Origin: Methanomassiliicoccales archaeon
GTDB taxonomy: Archaea; Thermoplasmatota; Thermoplasmata; Methanomassiliicoccales; UBA472
Reading direction: 5' to 3'
DNA length: 64,000 nucleotides
NCBI GenBank assembly: GCA_013415865.1
Contig: CP058896.1
Coordinates: 700,921-764,920 of the forward strand
Below the pieces are notes generated by a model, which saw only the letters and a list, made by a program, of their open reading frames with translations, was not told the origin of the DNA and made no database searches. Within the stretch, counting starts at the first letter, position 1, and each line of letters starts with the position of its first letter. Positions 1 to 10,388 of this stretch are shown piece after piece. The position numbers were made by a program, and so were the translations under genes.

Positions 1-1897
1 TATGTGGTAGGAAGAGCGATGATGTGAACTTGTCGAAGAACGTGTTGTTGGTGGTCAGCTCAAGATATGTCATCCTTGAATAGATATCGACCGCCTCCTT
101 CCTCTTGGCTGCCGATAAGAGAGTGAGCCTTGCGCCCGCAAGTGCAGCGTTCCCTAGGAATACGAACCGTTCCCGTGGTATGTCAGGGAGCAGTCCTATC
201 CCCACGGCCTTCTCCACATCGATGTAATTCCCAAAGCCACCTGCGATATAGACCTTCCTGACATCATCGAACCTCATGTCCATGCTCTCCACCAGCACAT
301 CACATGCTGCATAGAGCGCCGCCTTGGTCCGTATGATGTTCACGATATCATCGTCGGTTATCACGATGTCCCTGCCCTGGACGGTCTTGGCGCCCCACAC
401 CCCGCTCTTCGCCTTCATGGCCAGGCTTATTGCGGTCTCCTTTGTCTCCTGAGCGAACGCCACCACGAACTCCCTTCCATTATCATTGGCGCGGACCCTC
501 CTGATCCTGATGTCCTGTATCTTCCCCTTTTTATCAATCACCCCGCGGAAAAAGAGCTCATGGACCACGTCGATGAGACCGGAGCCGCATATTCCTCTTG
601 GCTTGTCCCCTCTGATGGTCTGGTATGTGACCTCGAGGTCCTTATCGATCGATACCTTCTCTATGGCACCTGTCATCGCCCTCATTCCAGACGCGACCTC
701 TCCTCCCTCGAAGGCAGGTCCGGCCGAACAAGAGCATGAGACCATCCAGTCCCTGTTCCCAAGAACGACCTCGCCATTGGTCCCGACATCGATGAGCAAT
801 GATACCTCGTCCGAAAGATGCATCCCGCTCGCCAGGACGTCCGCGATGATGTCCCCGCCGACATAGCTCGCCCTTCCCGGGACAATGTAGACAGGGGCCT
901 CGGGATGTATCTTGATGTCCAGCTCTCTTGCCCTGTAAACAGGTGGGAGGTTGGTCACGGACACGTAAGGCTGATACCTTATCTGTTTAGGATGCAGTCC
1001 CATCAGAAGATGTATCATGGTGGTGTTCCCAGCAATTGCCATTGCTGTCACCTCCTCCCTGCATACCTTCTTATTGTCAGGTCTGCACACCTCCGATAGG
1101 ACGACCACCTGTGAGATCAGATAATCTATGCTCTCGAGGATGAGCTGACGGAGCCTTTCGAGACCTCCATCCTCAGCATATGCGATCCGGGCCAGCACAT
1201 CCTCTCCGCACATCACCTGCTTGTTGTGGTCCGAGGCCTGGGCCAATATCTTGCCGGTCCTCATGTCGATCAACGCCAGGACCACCGTGGTCGTCCCGAT
1301 GTCCAATGCTATCCCGAAGTTTCTGCCCGAGGTGTCCCAGTTATTGATGTCCACCAGGGCAGGACGACAGTTGACCCTGTCGACGACGGCGGTGACCCTC
1401 CAACCGCTGTCCCGGACTATCTTCGGAAGGTCCCTTAGCATATCCAATGATATGTGAAGGTCTCCATCCTTGAGGCCAAGGGACGCGCTCAACCTCTCAA
1501 CGTCCCCGCGGTTGTCATCTAGCGAGGGCGGTGGTATCTCGATGTACTCTGCCGTGGTCATCGGTGAGATGTCCCTGACCTCTCCAGCAACGAAGCCCTC
1601 GAATATCTGAAGGTCCTCCACCCTAGAGCCCTCTGGAACAAAAATTGCCGAGTCCCCGACCACTTTTGCGGTGCACGCGAGCCTCCATCCCCTCTCCCAA
1701 TCCTCCTTCGAGATGGAATCTGACATCGGCCCTTGGACCGGCCCTTCGACCAGCACCTTGCATCGGCCGCATTCACCCTTTCCACCGCAGGCGCTGTTGA
1801 TCTCGACCCCTGCCAGGAAAGCGGCCTCTAGGACCGTTGTCGGTCCATCAAGGGTGATGTCGACGTTCTTGGGAAAGAACCTGACCTGAAAGCTCAT
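1..1897 (-). CDS. ASKHA-domain reductive activator of corrinoid proteins (RACo/AcsV-like), 3' end runs off the window
   Basis: Missing from the ORF track because there is no stop in the window. Manual translation from the ATG at 1897 gives MSFQVRFFPKNV...SACGGKGECGRCKV ([2Fe-2S] motif), internal DIGTT, DVGTNGE, GPAFEG, GICGSG and AGGFG, and C-terminal FTSSLFLPH. Confidence 0.9.
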   Translation of the reverse strand, partial: MSFQVRFFPKNVDITLDGPTTVLEAAFLAGVEINSACGGKGECGRCKVLVEGPVQGPMSDSISKEDWERGWRLACTAKVVGDSAIFVPEGSRVEDLQIFEGFVAGEVRDISPMTTAEYIEIPPPSLDDNRGDVERLSASLGLKDGDLHISLDMLRDLPKIVRDSGWRVTAVVDRVNCRPALVDINNWDTSGRNFGIALDIGTTTVVLALIDMRTGKILAQASDHNKQVMCGEDVLARIAYAEDGGLERLRQLILESIDYLISQVVVLSEVCRPDNKKVCREEVTAMAIAGNTTMIHLLMGLHPKQIRYQPYVSVTNLPPVYRARELDIKIHPEAPVYIVPGRASYVGGDIIADVLASGMHLSDEVSLLIDVGTNGEVVLGNRDWMVSCSCSAGPAFEGGEVASGMRAMTGAIEKVSIDKDLEVTYQTIRGDKPRGICGSGLIDVVHELFFRGVIDKKGKIQDIRIRRVRANDNGREFVVAFAQETKETAISLAMKAKSGVWGAKTVQGRDIVITDDDIVNIIRTKAALYAACDVLVESMDMRFDDVRKVYIAGGFGNYIDVEKAVGIGLLPDIPRERFVFLGNAALAGARLTLLSAAKRKEAVDIYSRMTYLELTTNNTFFDKFTSSLFLPH

Positions 1898-2097
1898 ACT
1901 GACCGAATCTGAGCCCAGGCTATTTATTGTTCGGGTATCGGACAGGGACCGGAGCTGTGATGTCGAAAGAGGCGTACCTCTATCATAATGGAAAGGATAA
2001 GGGCCTGAGAACAAATGGACATAGGTCTCGCACATCATCATAGGCAGGTGGTCGCAGGGAGCGGCACCCTACTGGGCATTTCCACTGGCCCCCACCA

Positions 2098-2670
2098 TCA
2101 TTTTTTCATGAACTTCCTGCCACAGGTGAAGGCCTTCATCAGCTCTTCGCCGATGTTGAAGTAAGAGGACGAGCCAGGGCTGTAGATGAGGGGCCTTATC
2201 TTCTCGATGACGGGGCTTCCATCTATGAGGCAGTCGTCCTCTACCTTGACATCGACGATCTCGCCGATGAACTGGGTATGGAGACCTAGCTCATGGATGC
2301 CCACGACCTTGCACTCCAGCACGACCGGGAACTCGCGGACGAAGGGCGCATTGACGCGCTCGGCCCTCTCAGGGGTAAGACCTGTGTCCTCGAACTTGTC
2401 CGTATCCCTCCCGCTTGCAATGCCAAGATAGTCCACCTCCTCCACATGCTCGTCCGATGGGATGGAAACAGTGAATGCCATCCCCTCCATCAGATTGGAA
2501 TATGTGTAGGTCGCCTTCCTGAGCGATATGGCGACACAGGGTGGGACCGAACAGCATATCCCTCCCCATGCAACCACCATTGCGTTCGGTCTCCCCTCGC
2601 GGTCATATGTCCCTACCACCATCACAGGTGTAGGGTAGAGCAACGTCCTAGCACCGATCGACCTCTTCAT
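2098..2670 (-). CDS. Flavin reductase family protein (flavoredoxin-like)
   Basis: YPTPVMVVGT, GRDTDKF, LECKV and HTQFIGEIV motifs. Start moved to MKRSIG. Confidence 0.85.
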   Translation of the reverse strand: MKRSIGARTLLYPTPVMVVGTYDREGRPNAMVVAWGGICCSVPPCVAISLRKATYTYSNLMEGMAFTVSIPSDEHVEEVDYLGIASGRDTDKFEDTGLTPERAERVNAPFVREFPVVLECKVVGIHELGLHTQFIGEIVDVKVEDDCLIDGSPVIEKIRPLIYSPGSSSYFNIGEELMKAFTCGRKFMKK

Positions 2671-2756
2671 GCCCTCACCATCTTGAACATCGAATTCGAG
2701 CTTATTATACGATCGCTGGGAAAATGTAATATCGGTCCCCATGCGCTCTCCTCCCG

Positions 2757-3707
2757 ATGAACGAGGGGCAAGACAAAGAGGTGCGTGTTCACGCCCATCT
2801 CCCTAACGAAGGGGGCGTGACAAGACCTTTGTTGTTCGCATTTGCAATGACCTGCAGCTTTGCGGTCTTTGAACTTATCGGGGGGTGGCTATCTGGTTCG
2901 CTGGCCTTGCTCTCGGATTCTGGGCACATGTTCACGGATGCCCTTGCCTTGGCATTGAGCTTAGGTGCCTCCTTGATCGCGACAAAGGAACCGACCGAAA
3001 AACAAACATTCGGTTTCTTCAGGGTCGAGATCGTTGTCGCCCTTCTTAACGGCATAGTGCTGGTGGTGATGTCGGGATTTATCCTTTATGAGGCCTACCT
3101 TAGGTATCAGGCACCGCATGATATCGAGGCCCCGTTGATGCTCATGGTAGCTTTGGTCGGGCTTGGGGCCAATGTCTTTGGGTTCTTTGTCCTGCGAGGG
3201 CATGCCCATGAAAACCTGAACGTCAGGGGGGCGTTCCTTCATGTCCTGGGTGACCTGTTATCTTCAATTGGAGTAATAGTCGCGGCGGTCCTGATATTCT
3301 TCTATGACCTTAAGGTTGCTGACCCCCTCATTTCTATCATGATCGCGGTGGTCATAATGTGGGGGGCCTTCGGCGTCATCAGGCAGTCCTTGGATGTCCT
3401 ATTGGAATTCGCTCCTTCCCACATCAGGGCAGAGGATGTGAGACAGGAGATGTTAAGATTGAAGGGGGTCAGGGAGGTCCATGATATCCATATGTGGACC
3501 CTTTCTTCGAACATCTACTCAATCAGCATCCATGTCGTCGTCGAGGACCAGCTTGTCAGTGCATGTTCATGCATAATCGAAGAGATAGAGGAGGTCCTCA
3601 AAAACAAGTTCAAGTTCTCACATGTCACGGTCCAGCTTGAGGCATCCGCGTGCAAGGTGGACAATTGTTACTTCAAGAAGAATAACAACAAGCATGCAGG
3701 GAAATGA
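2757..3707 (+). CDS. Cation diffusion facilitator (CzcD/ZitB-like Zn/Co/Cd exporter)
   Basis: SLALLSDSGHMFTD, LNVRGAFLHVLGD and VHDIHMW motifs; multiple TM segments. Confidence 0.9.
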   Translation: MNEGQDKEVRVHAHLPNEGGVTRPLLFAFAMTCSFAVFELIGGWLSGSLALLSDSGHMFTDALALALSLGASLIATKEPTEKQTFGFFRVEIVVALLNGIVLVVMSGFILYEAYLRYQAPHDIEAPLMLMVALVGLGANVFGFFVLRGHAHENLNVRGAFLHVLGDLLSSIGVIVAAVLIFFYDLKVADPLISIMIAVVIMWGAFGVIRQSLDVLLEFAPSHIRAEDVRQEMLRLKGVREVHDIHMWTLSSNIYSISIHVVVEDQLVSACSCIIEEIEEVLKNKFKFSHVTVQLEASACKVDNCYFKKNNNKHAGK

Positions 3708-3790
3708 TAAGAGAGGGGGCATGGACCAATGAATTTTCAGGACAGATGATGAGCGAATTGTCTGGTCATGCTCTTATCGACAAACAATGT

Positions 3791-5344
3791 TCAATGCCGG
3801 AATATCCTGACCCCGGTGAAGACCATCGCCATGCCGTGCTCATCGGCTGCCTGTATCACCTCGGCGTCCCGTATGGAGCCACCTGGCTGGATCACCGCTG
3901 TCACCCCTGCCTTGGCCGCCTCATCGATGCCGTCCCTGAAGGGGAAGAACGCGTCCGAGGCCATTACCGATCCCTTGGCCTCCTCCTTCGCCTTGTGCGC
4001 AGCTATCATCGACGAGTCCACCCGGGACATCTGACCTGCTCCTATGCCCACCACCCTCTCTCCCTTTGCCAGGATGATGGCGTTGGACCACACATGCTTA
4101 CACACCTTCCAGGCGAAGAGCATCGAGTGGACCTCTTCCTTTGTAGGGGCGCGCTTGGTCACGACCTTCAGCATCGACTCGTTCACTTCGACATGTCTGT
4201 TGGTCTGGACAAGGATGCCTCCCTTGACCTTCTTCATCTTGTGCTCAGGTCTTTCGTCGATGGTGATCGGGGCATTGGTCCTAAGGAGCCTAACGTTCTT
4301 CTTTTTCTTTAAGTGCTCGAGTGCATCATCGTCATAGTCCGGCGCGATGACGCAGTCCACGAAATGCGAGCCAATCTGCTCCGCTGTGGCCATGTCGACC
4401 TTCCTGTTGAGCCCGATGACGCAACCGAAGGCTGCCAAGGGGTCCACATTGTACGCCGTCACGAACGCATCTACGAGCCTGTCCGCCGATGCCACACCGC
4501 ATGGATTTGTATGCTTTATCACGACCGCGGTGGGTCGAGAGAACTCCCTTACGAGCTCCATCGCCGACTCGAGGTCCAATATGTTGTTGTAAGAGATCTC
4601 CTTTCCATGCAGCTTTTCCGCACGGGACACTGAGACCCCCTCCGAGAACGGGTCGATGTAGAAGGAGGCTGTCTGCTCTGGGTTCTCCCCATAGCGGAGG
4701 TCGAACGCCTTCTCCATCCCGATGTTCAGGGTCGAAGGGAATTCGTCCGAAGGGAATTTCCTCCCTAGGAAATTCGCGATGAGACAGTCATAGTTCGCCG
4801 TGGTACGGAAGGCCTCGAGCATCAATCGTTTCCTCGTCTCCAATGAAAGTGTACAACCGTTCAGTCTCATCTCATCATATACGGACCGATATCTGGATGG
4901 GTCGGTCACGACCGCCACGCTCTGATAGTTCTTCGCAGCCGCCCTGATCATCGACGGCCCCCCGATATCTATGTTCTCGATGATCTGCTCAATGTCATTC
5001 GGGTCCTTCAATACCGTCTCCTTGAAAGGATAAAGGTTGACGACGACCATGTCGATGGTCTTGATCTTCATCTTCTCTACCTGGGCCATATGGTCGACAG
5101 AGTCTCGCCGTGCAAGGATACCGCCGAATATCAGGGGGTGCAACGTCTTGACCCTGCCCTCTAACATCTCCGGGAAGCCTGTGACCTCGCTTATCCCGGT
5201 CGTCTCGATACCGTTCTTCCTCAAAAGCGTGGCAGTACCACCTGTCGATATGATCTCCACACCCAGGTCGCTCAGCCCCTTTGCAAAGTCCACAATGCCG
5301 TCCTTGTTGGACACGCTTATGACAGCACGTTCGATCCTTGACAA
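3791..5344 (-). CDS. purH: Bifunctional AICAR transformylase/IMP cyclohydrolase (folate-dependent)
   Basis: ISTGGT, GRVKTLHP, IDIGGPSMIRAAAKN, LRYGENP, KHTNPCG and ASDAFFPF; TTG start with GGAGG SD. Confidence 0.97.
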   Translation of the reverse strand: MSRIERAVISVSNKDGIVDFAKGLSDLGVEIISTGGTATLLRKNGIETTGISEVTGFPEMLEGRVKTLHPLIFGGILARRDSVDHMAQVEKMKIKTIDMVVVNLYPFKETVLKDPNDIEQIIENIDIGGPSMIRAAAKNYQSVAVVTDPSRYRSVYDEMRLNGCTLSLETRKRLMLEAFRTTANYDCLIANFLGRKFPSDEFPSTLNIGMEKAFDLRYGENPEQTASFYIDPFSEGVSVSRAEKLHGKEISYNNILDLESAMELVREFSRPTAVVIKHTNPCGVASADRLVDAFVTAYNVDPLAAFGCVIGLNRKVDMATAEQIGSHFVDCVIAPDYDDDALEHLKKKKNVRLLRTNAPITIDERPEHKMKKVKGGILVQTNRHVEVNESMLKVVTKRAPTKEEVHSMLFAWKVCKHVWSNAIILAKGERVVGIGAGQMSRVDSSMIAAHKAKEEAKGSVMASDAFFPFRDGIDEAAKAGVTAVIQPGGSIRDAEVIQAADEHGMAMVFTGVRIFRH

Positions 5345-5472
5345 ATGAAATCCTCCAGGTCAATAGGCACGCCACTCGGAGGTGTATGCCGGAGCTACAT
5401 GCCCTGATCGAAGATAAAGGTATCTTGAAGGCCTTATGGAGAATGTGGTCGGCCTTCCGTTGAATGACCACC

Positions 5473-6006
5473 TTACTTTTGCGGCCTATCGAAGAATATG
5501 TTCTTCCCGGTGGCCGACAGGGGGATTCCATGTATGACCTTAGACCTCATCAGGCCCAGCCTTTTTGCGCTCACCCCTGCCCGATACATTATCCTGTTAT
5601 CGACGTTCAGGTCCGATGCTGTCTTCACGGCCGATCCCAGGGCGATGCCCAGGTCCAACAATCTTATGGCACAGTTGGGACCTTCGAAGTCTCCCTTGAT
5701 GGAAGCTTCATTGAAAGATGCACAGTCCTTGAAACCGCATGCCCCGCAATCAAGCCCCACGCCCTTGTGGGGCAGGAGACCTATCAATACCATCGCTGAC
5801 GAGCCGAGGACGTTTTTACCATCCCTTTCAAACCCAGGGCTGTCCCTTTCCTTAGATATGGCCAACATATCGTTCCCGATCGCGACCCTCTCCTCGTCCG
5901 TCAGGACCTTGACCTCTATAAAATCCTGACCGACCCCCTTTGGGGCGGTCCTGGCAGACACTTCCATCAGGTCCGCGACAAAATTTACCGTATCCTTCAA
6001 GGTCAT
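5473..6006 (-). CDS. DUF2148-like ferredoxin-domain protein
   Basis: SARTAPKG, LDCGACGFKDC, DLGIALGSA and VDNRIMY motifs. Confidence 0.75.
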   Translation of the reverse strand: MTLKDTVNFVADLMEVSARTAPKGVGQDFIEVKVLTDEERVAIGNDMLAISKERDSPGFERDGKNVLGSSAMVLIGLLPHKGVGLDCGACGFKDCASFNEASIKGDFEGPNCAIRLLDLGIALGSAVKTASDLNVDNRIMYRAGVSAKRLGLMRSKVIHGIPLSATGKNIFFDRPQK

Positions 6007-6153
6007 GAGAAGGTGAAGGGCAATTCACCTAATAAACCAAACATCACAAAATCATATGCTTGATCTATTCTTGATCATCAGATGGAGAACGTTCTTGTCA
6101 ATTTGGACATTTATCGATGCATCCTCATTTTGATCACATAAGGAACGCGGTCT

Positions 6154-6804
6154 TCATGGGCTCAGTTTGGCCATCATCTTTTTTGCGGCAGAGGCCATTG
6201 CTTCCTTCTTTGTCCCCCCGGTGCCTGTCTCGGTTAGGTCCCCCACTGTGAGCCATGCTTGGAAATATTTTCCATCCTCTGCATCCTCTTCGAAGGTCAC
6301 ATAACGATATTGCACCCTCTGTTGGTCTGACCATTCCTTGACCATACTGATCCAGTCCTGCCTCTCCAATGCCTCGGCCGCCAGGTCCCCCTCGAACAGT
6401 ATCTTCGATATCACCCTCTCGGCGCCCTCGACCCCTCCATCTAGATAGACGGCACCGATTATCGCCTCGACCACGTCCGCAAGCATCTTCTGAGAGGTCC
6501 TCCCTTGCAACGAGTCGCCCACCATCACCAGTTCTTTAAGACCTAATCTTTCTGCCACCTTCCGAAGCGTCGTTCTGTCGGTGAGGACGCTCCTTTTCCT
6601 GGTCAACGTTGCCTCATCGTCCTTCAGGCCTTCCAAGAAGAGTTTCCTGGAGACGATGAACGAGAGCACAGAATCCCCCAAGAACTCGAGCCTCTCATTG
6701 TTCTCTGACCCGACCGACCTGTGCCTCAATGCCAACTCGAGAAGGGAAATGTTCGAGAACTTGTAACCCAGTAGCTCCTCGAGACGCATCATTTTGATTT
6801 CCAT
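6154..6804 (-). CDS. rnc: Ribonuclease III (bacterial type, with dsRBD)
   Basis: NERLEFLGDSVL signature, ADVVEAIIGAVYLD, and C-terminal dsRBD-like G-x-G-x-TKKEA. Confidence 0.9.
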   Translation of the reverse strand: MEIKMMRLEELLGYKFSNISLLELALRHRSVGSENNERLEFLGDSVLSFIVSRKLFLEGLKDDEATLTRKRSVLTDRTTLRKVAERLGLKELVMVGDSLQGRTSQKMLADVVEAIIGAVYLDGGVEGAERVISKILFEGDLAAEALERQDWISMVKEWSDQQRVQYRYVTFEEDAEDGKYFQAWLTVGDLTETGTGGTKKEAMASAAKKMMAKLSP

Positions 6805-6886
6805 CTTCCCTCCTCCCCCTCAGCAAGGCCCAACGCTGATAATAACCCTTTTTATGATGTACTGTGTTGGCGTGGTCGGTCGGGAC

Positions 6887-7663
6887 ATGTACATCATCAG
6901 CGAGCGTATCAATGGGCTTTTCACATCGGTCGGAAGGGCCATCGACAGGAGAGATGCCAAATGGATACAGGACCATGCGCTCCATCAGGTCGAATGCGGG
7001 GCACAGGCACTTGACATCAACGTCGGTCCAGGTAGAGAGGATGGCCCTGCCGCGATGGATTGGCTCATCAGGACGGTTCAGGATGTCACAGACGTCACAC
7101 TCTGCATCGACACGCCCGGTGTGAAGACCATGGCAGCTGGCCTCAAGGCTGCAAAGAACAAGACGATAATGAACTCGACCACCGCAGAGAAGAAGAAGAT
7201 GGATGCTTTGTTTCCGCTCTGCAGGGAATATGGTTCAGACCTGATATGTCTGACGATGGACGAGAAGGGCATCCCGAACGATTCCTCTTCGAGGGCGGAG
7301 CTTGCCATGCTCATGATAACCACGGCCATGGAACATGAGATAATGCCAGACCGATTATTGTTGGACCCTCTGGTGCTGCCGACCAAGGCGGCGCAGGACC
7401 AGGGGATCAAGGTGATCAAGGCGATCGAGATGTTCCAGGCATTGAACGACCCGCCGATAAGGACCGTGGTCGGGCTGAGCAACATATCGAACGGTTGCAA
7501 GGACCGCCAACTTGTCAACAGGACCTATCTCGCCATGCTGATGGGGGCTGGCCTCAGCGCCGCCATCCTAGATCCAGAGGACAAGGCGCTGATGGACACG
7601 ATAAAGACGGCCCGGGTTCTCCGGAACGAGATGCTCTATTGTGACGATTATTTGAGGGCGTGA
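6887..7663 (+). CDS. acsE: Methyltetrahydrofolate:corrinoid methyltransferase (AcsE-like, pterin-binding TIM barrel)
   Basis: MYIISERING, ALDINVG, LCIDT, LDPLVLP, VGLSNIS and NRTYLAM. Start reassigned to the ATG at 6887. Confidence 0.85.
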   Translation: MYIISERINGLFTSVGRAIDRRDAKWIQDHALHQVECGAQALDINVGPGREDGPAAMDWLIRTVQDVTDVTLCIDTPGVKTMAAGLKAAKNKTIMNSTTAEKKKMDALFPLCREYGSDLICLTMDEKGIPNDSSSRAELAMLMITTAMEHEIMPDRLLLDPLVLPTKAAQDQGIKVIKAIEMFQALNDPPIRTVVGLSNISNGCKDRQLVNRTYLAMLMGAGLSAAILDPEDKALMDTIKTARVLRNEMLYCDDYLRA

Positions 7664-7829
7664 TCTGGATCCTCTCTCAGGCTTCTTTTCGAAATGGGGT
7701 CTTTTAATGGGCCTTTTATTCTACCTCACAATCAGATATCAAGGTATGATATGCACACGCAATTCCGATCATGTCAGAGATCGATCTTCAATATGCCTTT
7801 ATCATCGTAACGATGCACAGTATCTTGGC

Positions 7830-8072
7830 TCAATTGTCGTCCCCCTTGATCATTCTAACGATCTCTTCTTTTTTTGGCACACGACCTGCTGAGACCGCCT
7901 CTCCATTGATGAACAAAGCGGGCGTGATCATTACGCCTTTGTCCATCATCGCTTGAAGGTCCTCTATCTTGACCACTTCCGCCTGGACCCCCATCTCCTT
8001 GACCGTTTCTGTCACCATCTGATAAAGTTTCCGACACTTTGCGCATCCTGTTCCATATATCTCGATCTTCAT
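7830..8072 (-). CDS. Small thioredoxin-like redox protein (ars-associated)
   Basis: GTGCAKC and GVMITPAL; lies downstream of the permease. Confidence 0.85.
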   Translation of the reverse strand: MKIEIYGTGCAKCRKLYQMVTETVKEMGVQAEVVKIEDLQAMMDKGVMITPALFINGEAVSAGRVPKKEEIVRMIKGDDN

Positions 8073-8133
8073 TCTTTCATCTCCCATTCTTTAATATTTA
8101 TGATGTTTTATATTATTTGATTTTGCAACCCTT

Positions 8134-9210
8134 TCACCCCGTAATATATCCAAAGGAGAGCCCGGCCAAGGTTGACATCAATATCACCAAGGCCCAGTAG
8201 ACAAGGGTCTTCTTCCATCCCATCACCTTTGAGAGGACAACTATGGAGGGGAGGCTGGTCGTGGGACCGGATAACAACAATACCAAAGCAGGTCCAGAGG
8301 CCATCGCCCCGCTTGTATAGCCCAAGGTCCCTCCGATTATTGGCACTTCCATCAAGGTCGGCATGTATAAAAGGGCCCCTATCACAGAGGCCAATAGATT
8401 CGACCAGATATTGTTATCCCCAAGATATGGTTTGAAGGTCTCGGGAGGTACAAAGTAAGAAAATACGCCGACGAAGAACGTACCGACCAGCAATATTGGG
8501 AATATCTTCTTGGTCAGGTCCCACGTCTCTGTCCCCCAATCGGTAACCTCCTCCCTGGTGAAATAATAGATCAGGAGAATGGCCACGCCCAGGGTCAGGA
8601 CATATATTATGGGCATCTTTATCATCCAGTCCAATGTTGAGGCGCCAAATACCAAGATGCCTATCAGAAAGATGAAGAAGATAGGTGTCGTCCATTTTGG
8701 TCTGCTGCTCTCATCCTTGAACTTTAGCATCGGCCTTTCATTGCTGGATCCCTCCGTTCCTTTTGTCTTGAACAAAAAGGACATCACCACGCCAACTACA
8801 ACTGACATGGCTATGGCAAAGATCGCCCTGGCCAGACCTAGATCGAGACCCAATATCTGCGCGGTATAGATCATCGCAAGGACATTGATGGCAGGACCGG
8901 CGAATAGGAAGGTTGTCGCAGGTCCGAGCCCGGCCCCTTTTTTATATATCCCTGCGAACAAAGGAAGAATGGTGCAGCTGCAGACTGCAAGTATCGTTCC
9001 CGATATGGAGGCCACAAAATAAGATTTATATTTTGCAACATTGGGCCCGAAGAACCTCAAGATCGCGTCCTTCTTCACCAACGCTGCGATCGCGCCTGCA
9101 ATGAAGAATGCTGGGACCAGACATGTCAGCACATGTTGGGCCAAATATTCGATCGAAGCATCCATACCGCTTTCCAACGGTCCTAACAGAAAATCCGTCG
9201 TATCACCCAC
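8134..9210 (-). CDS. ArsP/DUF318-type permease
   Basis: HVLTCLVPAFFIAG, AVCSCTILP and FLFAGPAIN; multiple TM segments. Confidence 0.85.
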   Translation of the reverse strand: MGDTTDFLLGPLESGMDASIEYLAQHVLTCLVPAFFIAGAIAALVKKDAILRFFGPNVAKYKSYFVASISGTILAVCSCTILPLFAGIYKKGAGLGPATTFLFAGPAINVLAMIYTAQILGLDLGLARAIFAIAMSVVVGVVMSFLFKTKGTEGSSNERPMLKFKDESSRPKWTTPIFFIFLIGILVFGASTLDWMIKMPIIYVLTLGVAILLIYYFTREEVTDWGTETWDLTKKIFPILLVGTFFVGVFSYFVPPETFKPYLGDNNIWSNLLASVIGALLYMPTLMEVPIIGGTLGYTSGAMASGPALVLLLSGPTTSLPSIVVLSKVMGWKKTLVYWALVILMSTLAGLSFGYITG

Positions 9211-9521
9211 CCCTGTTTGTCCGTCTTCCTTTTGGTCCGTCCCCAGACGAGAATCTCAATACCAAGCGACTTTGATCAAAATCCTGATAGGCCCCAAATG
9301 AATGGCCAAAAACGTCAGATGATAACTCGATTAGGTTCAGGTACCATTTAATCCTATAAATGGCCAATTGTAGTAGACCCAGTGACGCGGAGGTTTCAAA
9401 ATTATAACAACCTGATGGTTCTCTTTGCAGATATGTTGATGTTGCAGACCTGATGGATGAAATCGTGCACGTATTAGCCACCCCCGCCTTGTCGATATAT
9501 ACCTATTATTTTTCGGTTAAT

Positions 9522-9541
9522 ATTTCAATTATATTTGAAAT
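9522..9541. promoter_or_regulatory. Palindromic operator ATTTCAA-N6-TTGAAAT (putative ArsR-type site)
   Basis: Perfect 7-bp inverted arms in an AT-rich divergent promoter region; related copies at 9575, 9821, 11221 and 11625. Confidence 0.55.
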
Positions 9542-9866
9542 GTAAAAATTTAGGATGTTAAAATAGTTTTTCATTTTAAATTAGTTTGAAAATTCTCGTT
9601 AGGTTCGTGTCAAATAATCGACCAACTCAACAATTAAAATGTGTCAAGTCGCCCCCCCCCATGGAGGTCTTGTCGTGAAAATATAAATATAATATTATAA
9701 TAATATTAATTAGCCATATTATATTTACCCAGCGTAATCATCTGTTGATCAATGATGGCATGAAATATTCTCATGAGAATATCAAAAGGTCATGGATGGG
9801 CAACTCGCTAATAAGGATGTTTCAAATTATTTTAAATTGACGAATGGCATATAACGGGTAAAAGCG

Positions 9867-10217
9867 ATGGTGATCGTTGGTGATGATATGGTCGCAAAAG
9901 TGAGAGTGAACATGTTCCCATGCGAGAATAAGACCGAGATAGAGGTCGTTTCAAACTCCGATGGGGACTTTATAATAACTGTAGTAAGTTCCTGCGCGAA
10001 GGCCAAAAAGTTCATCGAAGGTCTGAACCCATTGTCATTGACGGACCTTTCGAATAAGTCCGAGAGCAAGATATTCAAAAAATTTATTGAGTCTGACATG
10101 AGCGCTAACTGTCTGGTCCTATCCGGTGTCTTGACCGCAGGCTGGGTCGAGGCGGGCATGATAGCGAGGTCCATGGCAAAAAAGGGAGTCCCTCTCTCGA
10201 TAGAGTTCATCGAATAA
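9867..10217 (+). CDS. Small Cys-containing hypothetical protein (DUF6951-like)
   Basis: Pattern KVRVNMFPC..TEI..SSC..SANCLV..A..VEAG resembles small anaerobe proteins; family tentative. Confidence 0.5.
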   Translation: MVIVGDDMVAKVRVNMFPCENKTEIEVVSNSDGDFIITVVSSCAKAKKFIEGLNPLSLTDLSNKSESKIFKKFIESDMSANCLVLSGVLTAGWVEAGMIARSMAKKGVPLSIEFIE

Positions 10218-10388
10218 GCGGTATTGAAGGTGGGATCGAATGGTGGTTGGTCACATTCCATTTCAAAATAAGGTGAGCACCGTGCATAAGGACGCAAATA
10301 TGATTATGAGCGGCGCATTTGAGATGATACAATACACCAGTGTTTTCCCTCGGTGAGGTGATGAATATTGAATGGTCATGAGGTTTTG

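Noticed and set aside
486-1889. Several short ORFs from the track in this span
   Set aside because: They are shadows of the long minus-strand RACo gene that the track missed.
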